Notes under the pieces: model-generated | The model's database searches: none | What the model was told of the DNA's origin: nothing | What the model saw: only the letters and a program-made list of their open reading frames with translations | Program-made: the position numbers and the translations under genes | Origin: Laetmonice hystrix | Taxonomy: Eukaryota | DNA: 60,000 bases | Direction of reading: 5' to 3' | Assembly: GCA_965235115.1 (NCBI GenBank) | Contig: OZ249436.1 | Coordinates: 11,348,001-11,408,000 of the forward strand | In this document: positions 12,146-25,880 of the stretch, one piece after another | Position numbering within the stretch: position 1 is the stretch's first letter | Layout: the number at the start of each line of letters is the position of its first letter

Positions 12146-15100
12146 CACTTTCAGACAGTATTGCCTCCTGTGAGCGTTTAAGCAAATTGTCTTCAATGAA
12201 AATTGTCAGGGATATGTTTAAACATATGAGGAACACGTACCTTTATTGAATGTATCTGTAGAGCTTATAGAAAATCAGATTTGGGGTAATTTGGGAATTA
12301 AAACAAACCCTGTTTTGCCGTTAGAATTTGGATTGGATTGACGGCGGGTCAGCTTATCAGTGGTGTATCTCATGTGGTGGTGTTATCTTGGTGACCTAGT
12401 TGCTAGGATACCAGTCAGACCCTAGCATGTCACTGGCTCCTGCTTCACTAGCCCCTCCCTGTAGCCCATATATGGCTTTATTGCTGTCCGTACGGACTTC
12501 GAGGGGGCTATGATACCCCCCTTTAAGTCAGATTTTGAGATTTTAGTAACCGGGCCCAGGTAAACTAAAATAAAATGCAATTAAAGTAAACTCTGGACAG
12601 CTATAAAAACTGCTGACTATAAGATACTGTTTTCTTTTAAGGAAAAGTACAATATTGACTGACACTTTTCATAAAGTACAATATTGACTGACACACTCGT
12701 TTAGTGTAAGAAACAATATAACCGTAAAGATTTAAGTACGGATGTATAAATGGCACTCCTCACATAAGTAAAGCGTGGCAGCCTTCGAGCAGAAACAGGG
12801 TTTGACATGGATTGACAATATGTGTGGCCAATACGCCCATACATAGGCTTACAGCGCATATTGCAGTGGGCTCTACCTCGACAGATGGCAGATCATGTCT
12901 CGGCCGTAATCGTCAGGTCGCCATTTTTGAAAGTAGTCACACAACAAAACAAACCCATGTGCTTTCCACAGCTGCCATCTTGGCCTTTGTCGCTATAAAA
13001 AAATTCTAGTGTGTGTTTACGGAAGGAATCTGCCGACGGTGATTAGAGTTCAGTTATGTGAAATAACGTCCTCCTTCGTATCTCGCCTAGACTGCCTCAC
13101 CAGTTTCCGAGCGCTTAGCGCTAGCAGTACTGTGCGTGCCCGTGTCGCCGCTGTCGGCTGGGACTGAGTCAGCGAGTGTTGTCAATGTGTTGAGTGTGGG
13201 CGATGTGGCCAACGATGAATGGAGGCATAAGCCATTTCCGAGTTGAGCATGTTTCTTTCTGTTTTGGTTTAACTGCCGCGACTTTTCTTTGGTTATCGGA
13301 CAGTTTTCAAGTGCATAATGCAAACACTCACCAACCGCTGCCATTACGCTGTAGGGATTACTTGGTCAGCGCGCATTGTGCCCCCTGCCTGCTTACTCAG
13401 TATTCATTCGCGCCGCATCACAAAGTCATACAAATCTGTCCATTACACCCGAGGTGAAAATCCGAACCCATCGGAAGCTGGCGGACTTTCCCGAGGGTTC
13501 CCGAATGCGCATATTGCGGTGGCCACCATCTTATAATTGATTTGTCCCTTGACTAGGCCTATCTGTTTACTGGGACCCGTGGGAGTGACCGTCTGCCAGT
13601 AGTGTTTCCATCCGACGTCATGTTCACGACGTGACACAGTGAACGGTTCAGTCAAGCGTGTTTTATCATGTGCCCAATCTAGCTTCCCTATATGCACTAC
13701 TTACTGACGAAAATAGAATGAAAAACGTGATGTCCTACTCTCTCCAACCCAACAGTGGGACAGCTCTAGTACTTTGTACGCTTGCATGCGCGAGTTCCAT
13801 CTTCCACGTATGGATAACAGCACTGGATTACTGTCTGCGATAATATAGAACACGACAAACCCATGTGATGAGGATGAAGATAAGGATGACGGTAGTCTAT
13901 GTTTTTCCTCATGGATAGGTTATTATTATTGCTATGGTCGCTATGCCGGATTGTGGTAATCCTTACTAAGCGTGTTATAATAATATAACGGTCCTACGGC
14001 AAGGGCGACTCATTAGATTTGGCCGCAAGTAGTATACGAGAAGGGCGTACTACTCAGGCTAATGGCATCGAGAAGAACGTAATTGGGTCTAAAGGTCATG
14101 AAGTAAACAGGAACCTTTAATTGTATACATAAAAACTGGAAGCAAATGCGACAGGACCTGAAATAACAACAGGGTGTTTGTAAATCAACCATTTTTTAGT
14201 TTTGCGGTAAAGAATGTATAACAATGAGAGCTAACCCGGATGTTTACGCCGACCTTTGTGAACTTTGATCCGATTTGTAGCCAACAGGAAGCTCTTCAAT
14301 CATTGCAAGAAGCTACTTTATCCGGCTACATCCTTCTATAGCCGGTAGTCATTACCTTGGAGTATGTTGGAGAGTGCCTCTTGGCGACATTGGTGGACCG
14401 GTGGTTGGGGTAGAGTTGGACATAGCGGGGCCGGGGGAGGGGGCGGGCCTGCTGCTGGCCGATAGGCAGCGAGGGCGGCACACCGAGATATCGGAGGACA
14501 TCCAGCCGGGCGTCTGCCGCCCTCCGCCGGGAGGTGGCGGTACCTCGGCCTGCTTTCACGGTCAACCTCCTGGCCGTCATTATTTGAGCCATTCAGCCTC
14601 GAGTCGCTCCTATATAGCTTGCAGCTACACCATGACAGTGCACGACTTATAGGCCAGCACCGACTTATGCAAAGACAGTAGCAGTAGGCGAAAGGCAAAC
14701 TGATGTGGGCGGTCATGACCCCAGGACGAACTCCCTAATCCTTATGTCAGGAATACTAATTTTAGCGCATGTCGAGACATCTACACCCTTCCAACTGTCA
14801 CCTGAGAAACAGAAATCCATTTGGAATGTGTCTGACTACTCGCGCTACATTATGGAAATTTCTAGAAACAACGGGAGTTAAATACTACCATGGTCTGGTG
14901 GTGACACACACATAAATGTGTGGGTGTGTGGGTGTAGGTCAATAAGCAGCTCATTGCACACATACAGAGAACGTTTTGTGTGTGTATTAAATACAGAAAC
15001 TTTTTGTATTTAATACAAAAAGTTTTTGTATTAAATACAAAAAGTTTTTGTATTAAATATAAACAGTTTTTGTATTAAATTTAAAAGTTTTTGTATTAAA

Positions 15101-16689
15101 TACAAGAGCTTTTTTTATTAAATATACCCACTGTGGGGCGGTGGCCTCACAGTAGGTGGTCTGTATTTTTCTTTTGAAATGCACGGGCATCAGGGGTAAC
15201 CCAATTACTTTGACAATGTCCCTAAAGAGAAAAGTTGTATAGTCCTCTACATGAATCGAACCCAGGGTATTCAGACTCCCATTGTCTGGGTGGCGTACAG
15301 ATTCCTCTAAGGTAATTGATACATGATAAACAAATGGACAGTTAATGAGATGTTAGATTCTATGAAGAGCAATACACTAAGCAATGAACTTTAGATATGC
15401 ACCATTTACTTTCTGTAGTATATATACGGAAAGTTGTTGTATTTAATACAAAAGGTGGTCTTAAATACAAAAAGTTTTAGTATTAAACAAAAGAAAATTA
15501 TGTAATAAAGGCACGTTGTAACCGAAGGTTCAACGAATTTTATGCAGGAAAACACGAGAGGCCTACTGTCTGAATCAGTGCCGTCATGGCAACAACTTTC
15601 TGGGTCATGTGTTGAATAATTATGTCACGCCGAATCCCATCATGCATCATGCCGCAACCGGTTGACGACCGTGACGTTGTCCTTGAATCTTCCCACTTTC
15701 TTCAAGACACGCAGGGTAACGGTTTTCAGTGTCAACGGTCGCATTTTATCACTCTCAATCGTCTTAATTTTAGTTCATCCGAGGTTGGGTTTCTAGTCAC
15801 GTCTTTATAAAATGGTCACCCGTCTATTGTACTTGCTTTCATTTTCTAGGCATAGTCTGTTGGCCTAGGTTTAGCATAGAACGTGTATCTTTATATCTCT
15901 TAGGATTTAGGCTAAGCAAAATGGCGTCTGGGTACGTCTTGATTCTTAGTGACAGCATTCATCTTCGTCGTCCTGTCACAGATACCCAAGGAGTTTAGTT
16001 CTAGAGTGAATCCGAATTTAACGTCACCGTTAGTTCTTTACTATCGGGGTAGATCTAGATCTAGTGAATGTGGCTGTAGTTTTGTTATAGTCAATATAGA
16101 TCTAGTTGATTGATAATGATAGACACTACTCACTAGTCCTGGGTCACTAGGCTAGCCGGTCTAACTGGATCGACTTGTCTTATGATAGTTAGCCTGAGCC
16201 TACATTAGCGTTTAATCTAACGACGTTAGTTATGACTACATTGTATATCTACTAGTACTAGTTTAGAATCTAGTAACCTCGTTAGTCACTTATTGACTTA
16301 GTGTTTGACGTTGGCTCTGAGGACGGGTGGCTACGTGTCGTGTCTATTAAAATGCCATGTTGTTACTGAACAATTTAGATATTAATTTTGTCGTGCGGGA
16401 GTAGATCTACAAGAGTGACCGTTTTGTTTTCATCCATCATTCATTGGTTATTTCCTATTCAGCTATTGCCAATGTTTCCCTACACATGTAAGTTATTGTA
16501 TAAATGCTACCTTAACCTGATATTAATATTACATTAAATTCATTCTATTGGCCACGGTTTCTTTATACATTATTGATACATTACAGCATATTTGTGAATG
16601 ATGATTGATATTATTGGGATATGTATCCCGTATATTGTACGTTACGGGGCCTGTTTAATTAATCTGGCTACGTGTGTTGTATATATATA

Positions 16690-19250
16690 TTTCTATTGCT
16701 ACATTATACACCTTATTATTATTGCTATATTTAGACCTTATTGGGAGACCGTTTGGTTCTCTTCATTATTGGTCACATTTTATTATTATTGATATTAATG
16801 GGATTTATATCCCGTAATATATTTTTGCGTTGGGCTCTGTCATCGAGAGACTATACTGTTTTCTCTTTGATCAGTAGTTCCAATTTTCTTTTCAGTCTTT
16901 ATATGTTTATTATTGCTACATTATCCACCTTATTATTGCTATAGACCTTATCGGGAGACCGTTTGGTTCTCTTCATTATTGGTCACATTTTATTATGATT
17001 GATAAAAATGGGATTTATATCCCGTATTTTTGTGTTGGGCTCTGTCATCGAGAGACTATCATGTTTTCTCTTTGATCAGTAGTTCCAATTTTCTTTTCAG
17101 TCTTTATATGTTTATTATTGCTACATTATACACCTTATTATTGCTATAGACCTTATTGGGAGACCGTTTGGTTCTCTTCATTATTGGTCACATTTTATTA
17201 TGATTGATTGATATTAATGGGATTTATATCTCGTATATTTGTGTTGGGCTCTGTCATCGAGAGACTATACTGTTTTCTCTTTGATCAGTAGTTCCAATTT
17301 TCTTTTCAGTCTTTATATATGTTTATTATTGCTACATTATACACCTTATTATTGCTATAGACCTTATTGGGAGACCGTTTGGTTCTCTTCATTATTGGTC
17401 ACATTTTATTATGATTGATATTAATGGGATTTATATCCCGTATTTTTGTGTTGGGCTCTGTCATCGAGAGACTATCATGTTTTCTCTTTGATCAGTAGTT
17501 CCAATTTTCTTTTACGTCATTATTTTTATTATTATTGCTACATTATACTCCTTTTTATTGCTATATTTAGACCTTATTGGGAGACCGTTTGGTTTTCTTC
17601 ATTATTGGTCACATTTTATTATGATTGATATTAATGGGATTTATATCCTTTATTTTTGTGTTGGGCTCTGTCATCGAGAGACTATACTGTTTTCTCTTTG
17701 ATCAGTAGTTCCAATTTTCTTTTCAGTCTTTATATATGTTTATTATTGCTACATTATACACCTTATTATTGCTATAGACCTTATTGGGAGACCGTTTGGT
17801 TCTCTTCATTATTGGTCACATTTTATTATGATTGATATTAATGGGATTTATATCCCGTATTTTTGTGTTGGGCTCTGTCATCGAGAGACTATCATGTTTT
17901 CTCTTTGATCAGTAGTTCCAATTTTCTTTTACGTCATTATTTTTATTATTATTGCTACATTATACTCCTTTTTATTGCTATATTTAGACCTTATTGGGAG
18001 ACCGTTTGGTTTTCTTCATTATTGGTCACATTTTATTATGATTGATATTAATGGGATTTATATCCTTTATTTTTGTGTTGGGCTCTGTCATCGAGAGACT
18101 ATCATGTTTTCTCTTTGATCAGCAGTTCCAATTTTCTTTCCAGTCTTTATATGTTTATTATTGCTACATTATACACCTTATTATTGCTATAGACCTTATT
18201 GGGAGACCGTTTGGTTCTCTTCATTATTGGTCACATTTTATTATGATTGATTGATATTAATGGGATTTATATCCCGTATATATATTTTTGTGTTGGGCTC
18301 TGTCATCGAGAGACTATCATATTTTCTCTTTGATCAGTAGTTCCAATTTTCTTTTCAGTCTTTACATTTTTATTATTGCTATATTATACACCTTATTATT
18401 GCTATATTTAGACCTTATTGGGAGACCGTTTGGTTCTCTTCATTATTGGTCACATTTTATTATGATTGATTGATATTAATGGGATTTATATCCCGTATAT
18501 ATATTTTTGTGTTGGGCTCTGTCATCGAGAGACTATCATATTTTCTCTTTGATCAGTAGTTCCAATTTTCTTTTCAGTCTTTATATTTTTATTATTGCTA
18601 TATTATACACCTTATTATTGCTATATTTAGACCTTATTGGGAGACCGTTTGGTTCTCTTCATTATTGGTCACATTTTATTATGATTGATTGATATTATTG
18701 GGATTTATATCCCGCATATATATTTTTGTGTTGGGCTCTGTCATCGAGAGACTATCATATTTTCTCTTTGATCAGTAGTTCCAATTTTCTTTTCAGTCTT
18801 TATATTTTTATAATCACCACATTATACACCTTATTATTGCTATATTTAGACCTTATTGGGAGACCGTTTGGTTCTCTTCATTATTGGTCACATTTTATTT
18901 TTATGATTGGAATTAATGGGATTTATATCCCGTATATATTTTTGTGTTGGGCTCTGTCATCGAGAGACTATCATATTTTCTCTTTGATCAGCTGTTCCAA
19001 TTTTCTTTTTAGTCTTATATTTTTATTATTGCTACATTATACACCTTATTAATGCTGTATTTAGACCTTATTGGGAGACCGTTTGGTTCTCTTCATTATT
19101 GGTCACATTTGATTATGATTGATATTAATGGGATTTATATCTCGTATATATATTTTTGTGTTGGGCTCTGTCATCGGGAAACTATTGGGTTTTCTCTTTG
19201 ATCAGCAGTTCTAATTTTCTTTCAGTCTCTATTAATTTATTATTGCTACA
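16690..19250. repeat. About 205-219-bp tandem array (about 12 copies) inside the element
   Basis: Recurring gaccttattgggagaccgtttgg...ctctgtcatcgagagactat. Confidence 0.9.
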
Positions 19251-20340
19251 TTTTACTTCGCTTCGGCGATACAATATATTATTCTATCGGCCTGATATGA
19301 CATTGAGAGATCGTTGGGCTTATGCTGGATTATCAACCCCTTCTCATGTCTGGCTCACATTTAGTTTACCCGATTGATTTTGTTTCAATACTTTGTTTTG
19401 CTTTGATGATACAATATATTATTCTATTGGCCTGATATGACATTGAGAGATCGTTGGGCTTATGCTAGATTAGCAGCCCTTCCCATGTCTGGCTCACATT
19501 TACCCAATTGATTTTTGTTTCAATACTTTGTGTTTGCTTCGGCGATACAAGATATTATTGCTATTGGCCTGATATGACATTAAGAGATCGTTGGGCTTAT
19601 CCTGGATTAGCAGCCCTTCTCATGTCTGGCTCACATTTACCCAATTGATTTTGTTTCAATACTTTGTGTTTGCTTCGGCGATACAATATATTATTGCTAT
19701 TCAGTATTGCCCTGATATGACATTAAGAGATCGTTGGGCTTATGCTGGATTAGCGGCCCCTTCTCATCATGTCTGGCTCACATTTACCCAATTGATTTGT
19801 TTCAATTCATATTATATTACCTCAGTTGATGTGATATATTCACGATACATAGACTCTTTTATTGAGATTGATATTATACTTTGTCTCTGCTTCAGTGATG
19901 CAATATATTTACTTGATATTGGCCTGATATGACATTGAGGGATCGTTGGGCTTATGCTGAATTAGCAGCCCTTCTTATGTCTGGCTCACATTTACCCGAC
20001 TGATTTATTTCAATTCATACTGTATTACTTTACTTCATTACTGTTGATGTGACATGTACACAATACATAGTCTTTTTATTGAGATTATATAATATACTTT
20101 GTCTTTGCTTCAGTGATGCAATATTATATTTACTTGATATTGGCCTCATATGACATACCAGTCCCAAATTTTCAGTCTCTTAATATTTATATTATTATAC
20201 TTTTTGCTTCAGTGATTCAACATTATAGTTAATTGATATTGGCCACTGCATATATGCCAATGCCAATGAGAGATCGCTGGGATTCGACTGTCCTGAGTTT
20301 GCAGCCCATCTAAGATCTGGCTCACATTTAACCATTTTAC
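19250..20340. repeat. About 140-bp diverged tandem array inside the element
   Basis: Recurring ggcctgatatgacattgagagatcgttgggcttatgc...tctggctcacattt. Confidence 0.85.
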
Positions 20341-23300
20341 TTACGTTGCAATTACATCAAGTGATGTGATACGTTCACGACATAAATATTGTGTTCACTG
20401 TTAGGCTCAGCCATTGAGAGACCATCGAGTGTTCTGTTGGATCAGCGCGACAGCAGTTCAAATGTTCAGTCTCTTTATATTTACATGTATATTTATTTTA
20501 CTTTTTGCTGCTTCAGAGATACATTATTATAATATTAACAATATTTTGTTGGCCGTATATGCCATTGGGAGATCGTGGGTTTCCCCTGGATTAGCAGGCT
20601 ATCAGTATCACATGTGTGCCTAACATTTGATTTACGTTCAATTTATATTATATTACATTTATGTTATTATACATGTATATGTATTATTATTACATGTAAA
20701 CCATGGTTTTTCGCCACTGATTGACATATCATCTAGGCTTATCTCTATCATCAAATTCGTAGATATCAGTTCAATTTCATAATCGTATATTACGTAACGA
20801 TTTACATTATGCTAAATGAATTATTCAGTATAATATTATACTTGCCCTATACGGCCAATGTTATACACAACATGAATTATTTAATCTGGGGGTTTTGTCA
20901 TTGACTTTGGCTCTACAATGAGCCCTTCAATTCAATCAACTTCAATGAGCGGGTTGTTACCCTGGCCTGTTCCCTTGTACGGCTTCTGTTCATGATGGCG
21001 ACTACACGATTGAGGTCCAAGCCCAAGCTCCCACGGAATTCTCCGATCTCCATGCCCCCATGCAAGAGGGAGCGTCTCATTATGGGTCAAGCGGAACCGG
21101 GTCGGCCTCGACTATTTCGCAAGGATTCGCGGCTGGTGTCCAGACAGTTCCCATTTACGACTGTTCAGGGAGGTTGGACATGGGAGTTCGGCCCGGCCTG
21201 AGCCTTGACTGGGTACTCCCAGTCTCTTCCAGACCATTCTTGCTGTGGCCAGATGCAGTGGTGCAAGGGCAGATCTACGTGTGTGATCTGTATGATCATA
21301 TAATATTAGCAAAAGAATGTTTTTCACCAACAATCGCGGTGTCTCCTTGAAACTTCGTATGGACGCTTCAGTTAAAGTGGGATTTGGAGCGGTTTTTCGG
21401 ATCTGACTAGATAATAGGCCTAGCCGGTGTCCATCTTCGTTGGATCGACAAGATGTTTTTATTGGAGCTATACCTCCGTTCTTTTTGCAGTTGCCCTGTG
21501 TGGGGAATATGTTTGAAACTCCATGGTTGAGTTTCATACCATAACATTTGTGACACAATCATTAACTCAACTTGACCTTCAAAGAATCAAGGAAACAAGG
21601 GAAAGCAGATGATTTGCATCGGTTGCAGAATGGGCGTTTCATTTCCCTGCATCCCTGCACTGTGTGTTGTGGGTGGCTCCACCTGCTTGTTCCAAGCAGG
21701 TTAGTGGCCTGCGTCGCCACTCACATTGAACTGTTCAACACATTTTTAACCCTTTAACACATATTTTTGAACGATAATGTTCCTATTTTTAGATTTGGGA
21801 ACATAGACATTAATGGTTTCGAGACGGTGCAGTGTGGACTCACTGTCAAGAGTAATACCAATTCATGGACATTTACTTATTGTTACCGTTAGTTGTAATT
21901 TTCTACCATATCTATTCCCATGACAATGCAGTGTGGGCTCATTGTCAAAAATGGGACATTAATGGTTTCGAGACGGTGCAGTGGGGGCTCACTGTCAAGA
22001 GTAATACCAATTCATGGACACTTACTTATTGTTACCGTTAGTTGTAATTTTCTACCATATCTATTCCCATGACAATGCAGTGTGGGCTCATTGTCATAAA
22101 TGGGATGGTGACACCCTTTCTGTTCAGAAATAACCTAATTGTCCTAAACCTTTAATTAATGTTGGACACGTGCAGTGTGGGCTCACTGTCCAACTTATAT
22201 TTTTAATATTATAATAAACGGGTGTTGCCCAAATAACAACATTATCTGTTTCCGAGTGTTGCCTGCATAAAGGCACGTTGTAACCGAAGGTTCAACGAAT
22301 TTTATGCAGGAAAACACGAGAGGCCTACTGTCTGAATCAGTGCCGTCATGGCAACAACTTTCTGGGTCATGTGTTGAATAATTATGTCACGCCGAATCCC
22401 ATCATGCATCATGCCGCAACCGGTTGACGACCGTGACGTTGTCCTTGAATCTTCCCACTTTCTTCAAGACACGCAGGGTAACGGTTTTCAGTGCCTCCAC
22501 CGCCCCACCTGCCGCCTTAGGCCATTTGTTTTATGCGCTCTGCGTCGCCACTCACATTGAACTGTTCAACACATTTTTAACCCTTTAACACATATTTTTG
22601 AACGATAATGTTCCTATTTTTAGATTTGGGAACATAGACATTAATGGTTTCGAGACGGTGCAGTGTGGACTCACTGTCAAGAGTAATACCAATTCATGGA
22701 CATTTACTTATTGTTACCGTTAGTTGTAATTTTCTACCATATCTATTCCCATGACAATGCAGTGTGGGCTCATTGTCAAAAATGGGACATTAATGGTTTC
22801 GAGACGGTGCAGTGGGGGCTCACTGTCAAGAGTAATACCAATTCATGGACACTTACTTATTGTTACCGTTAGTTGTAATTTTCTACCATATCTATTCCCA
22901 TGACAATGCAGTGTGGGCTCATTGTCATAAATGGGATGGTGACACCCTTTCTGTTCAGAAATAACCTAATTGTCCTAAACCTTTAATTAATGTTGGACAC
23001 GTGCAGTGTGGGCTCACTGTCCAACTTATATTTTTAATATTATAATAAACGGGTGTTGCCCAAATAACAACATTATCTGTTTCCGAGTGTTGCCTGCATA
23101 AAAAGGTTTCTGTATTTAATACATAAAGTTTTAGTATTTAATACAAAACTTTTTGCATTTATTACATGCACACAAAACTTTCTGTGTATGTGTGCAATAA
23201 GCTGGTTATTGACCTACACCTACACACACGTGTGTGTATATCACCTCCAGACCATGGTACAATACAGAATGACAACTGCACGGATATGCTCGAGGCCTTG

Positions 23301-23389
23301 TGATCGAGGCGGTTAGCCATTCTGTTCAATCTCGAGTCTCTACAGCCTTCAAAACAATACTAAAGGCAAGGTATATATTAAAAACAGAC

Positions 23390-23395
23390 TTTATT
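23390..23395 (-). promoter_or_regulatory. Possible polyadenylation signal of the cadherin gene
   Basis: AATAAA on the minus strand about 2.5 kb after the stop codon; no transcript evidence. Confidence 0.3.
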
Positions 23396-25880
23396 CTTAA
23401 TCCTTCATAAAACAGATATACATGTCCAAATGTTTAAATTAGAAAATAAGAATGTTCTGCTTTGAGCCATTTCGGTTAATAACACATATAAAAATTGCAC
23501 CTTAGTGATATACAACTGACGCTCCAGGCGATACCATTTGGATTGGTTGTCGCGTCGGGTCGGACGCTCCGTTACCGTTATCTGTATCATCTAATGTGTT
23601 AATCCTAGTAAGAGCTCCATCTCTAGACATTTTTAGATGAAAACAATCTGGTCCCTATAACCCACCCCATCCCAGATCTTCGACCCTATATATATCCCAC
23701 CCACTCCCAAATATTACCTGCTATAGTCTGCCCTGTCAGTAACAGATGTACTACTTCCCATATTGTACCTTTAGTCGGCACCGTTTACCTCGGTTCAGGC
23801 TGCTTACGTCACACAACCTTATTAGAGGGTGATATGTCATGCACTTGGAATGTAAGAATGATCAAATTATTTATACATGATTTATAACAGTCTATCACAC
23901 AAATACGTCTTCTTCTGAAATGTTCTATGTCATCACATTTACTTCTATATCCCTCAAAGGTTGCGTATTCTAAATATATAAAATGCCGTCAATCTTGGCC
24001 AATGTTCTCACAAATATGCTGCTCGAAAATACTTCCCCCCAACCGTTTCGAGTGGATTTTAGATCCTACAATCGAGCACCTGCACGGGGGAGGAAATGGC
24101 ACCAAGGTCAGTCCTACTGACGCGCCTCTACAGAATACAATTTAAGAGAGAATGACCCAAAATGCCAATTCACTGAGGAGAGAATTCTTATACTTCTAGG
24201 TACAACAAGGAATACCCGACATTTGAACACTCAGATTGTGACTACAATGTAATCCATTAGTCTGTTTGTGGATGACCTGTTCACAAGACGGAAACTCCAC
24301 CGCTAATACATGTCCCTAATTACATTATTAGGGTATCCGTAAAGATTCGGGTCAAACTATATACATTTTTTTAATCTCAGTAAGTACCACAGATTATCAT
24401 GCAAATAAAAAAATTCATGAGTCATGTTGTACTCTATTTATAGCTGTACTATATTTATACATGTGCTTCAGTCCAAGTGATTTTTGTTACTAACTGGAAC
24501 CTAGTCGGCCGAGCTAGACAATCCCGGATGGCTCCTATAGTTTATGGGGGAGGGGGGGGGGGGCATAAAGATTGACCCTTGCTCTATTTCTGACCCGGGG
24601 AAAGAACCCCACGATAGATGTTGGTGCCTGATATTTTGTTACATCGTTGTCAATTGCTCACATTTCTGTACAAAAACACTCGGCTTTAGGTTGTTGCAAA
24701 CCCAAATATCGCCCATGTGTAAGTTCCCCCAACCCCCCTACAATCTACTTTGTATATCCCGTGTCAGAATCAATGTTATCTTTAGTAAATGGAAACAAAG
24801 CCATTTTATCTCAACACATATATAAGTGGATGCTTAGATCCTTTTATAAAGTCAGCCCATGAAAAGAAAGCGATAGCCGCAGCTACAAGGCAGAATATTT
24901 GTTACATGTTATGTGCAGGGGGCAAACTGGTGTTCGCCCCGAACGAGCCCTTCTGTGCAACTGAACCCTTGTATCTAACGTAGATCGGTGGGAAGGTTCA
25001 CACTCTGCCGACAGGTGGCGGTCGTCTACCATCGCCTGACACTGTACACCTACAGTATACCACCAGGAACACAACAACACATCACACTATACACATTGAT
25101 CATGGACATTGATACCCAAAACATGTCGATATCCACAGCTGGTTTTAAAAACTGGCGCAATTATATCATACAAATTACCTACATATGTCACATTCCTAGT
25201 CCCTACTGTCGCCTTCTCTCAATCTGATTCATACATCTTCAAGTATAAAAGCTAAAAAAAAAACGCACACAGAAAGCGCGGCGCCGTATACAAAGTCTGT
25301 ATCAAATAGATGAAATATTCTTCAAAAAGACCGGACCTTCTCCCAAGGTCCGGTCACACGGTCAAATGGTCTAGCCTGTCATTGTATTCCGTGTGTATGG
25401 AAGAGCGTGATTGTATAATCATCATTTTATAGAAAAAAAAACTATAACAAGACGTCATGAACACCTGGCTGACGTTAAAACTTTCGTTCACACCCTCACA
25501 ACGACAGAACTGCGGCGATTATAACGACAGAAAAACAATGATATCGAATGAAGTGCACGGGATGCAGTTCTGGATAGCTTGGTGTCAGCTTATACAAAAT
25601 GTCTGACACCGACAGAGAGAGAGAGAGAGAAAAACAGAATCATTTCTATCCACTTGTACATTCCAATTCACCGTTCGTCGCCTTCTAGCTAGAGCTTTGG
25701 TTGTCATCAACGAACTCGCTCGTCCCGTTCGTGGATATAATTACACAACTAAAGTGTTTACCATCTTTCATTATCGACTTATATTGTTCAGTCTATATGG
25801 CAGTTTGTTCCCCCCGACAGTTTCTGCGTGTGTTATGTATGTATGTGTGTCCATTGACCCGAGAACGGCCGACTTGGCTC

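Larger units (their letters stand above)
15505..23102 (+). mobile_element. Non-autonomous split-direct-repeat element (Ngaro/TOC1-type tyrosine-recombinase retroelement architecture A1...B1-A2-B2)
   Basis: A1 15505-15731 matches A2 22267-22493 (227 bp); B1 21709-22271 matches B2 22540-23102 (563 bp); ATAAA at both ends and at the B1/A2 junction; no RT or YR ORF recognised. Confidence 0.8.
14888..23257. mobile_element. TA-flanked foldback MITE (about 0.78 kb when empty), interrupted by the split-repeat element
   Basis: TIRs ta|CCATGGTCTGGTGGTGA...TCACCTCCAGACCATGG|ta; inverted arms 14888-15125 versus 15436-15504 plus 23103-23257, with subterminal aaagtttttgtattaaatac repeats. Confidence 0.8.

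Noticed and set aside
14326..14716. GC-rich overlapping short ORFs (also 9458-10208)
   Set aside because: No domain recognised and no clear splice structure.
20950..21560. GC-richer ORFs inside the split-repeat element as RT or recombinase remnants
   Set aside because: No recognisable RT, RNase H or R-H-R-Y motifs in the frames examined; a profile search is needed.
21823..22194. Iron-responsive elements (CAGUGN)
   Set aside because: The loops are 11 nt and lack the canonical 5-bp upper stem with C bulge.
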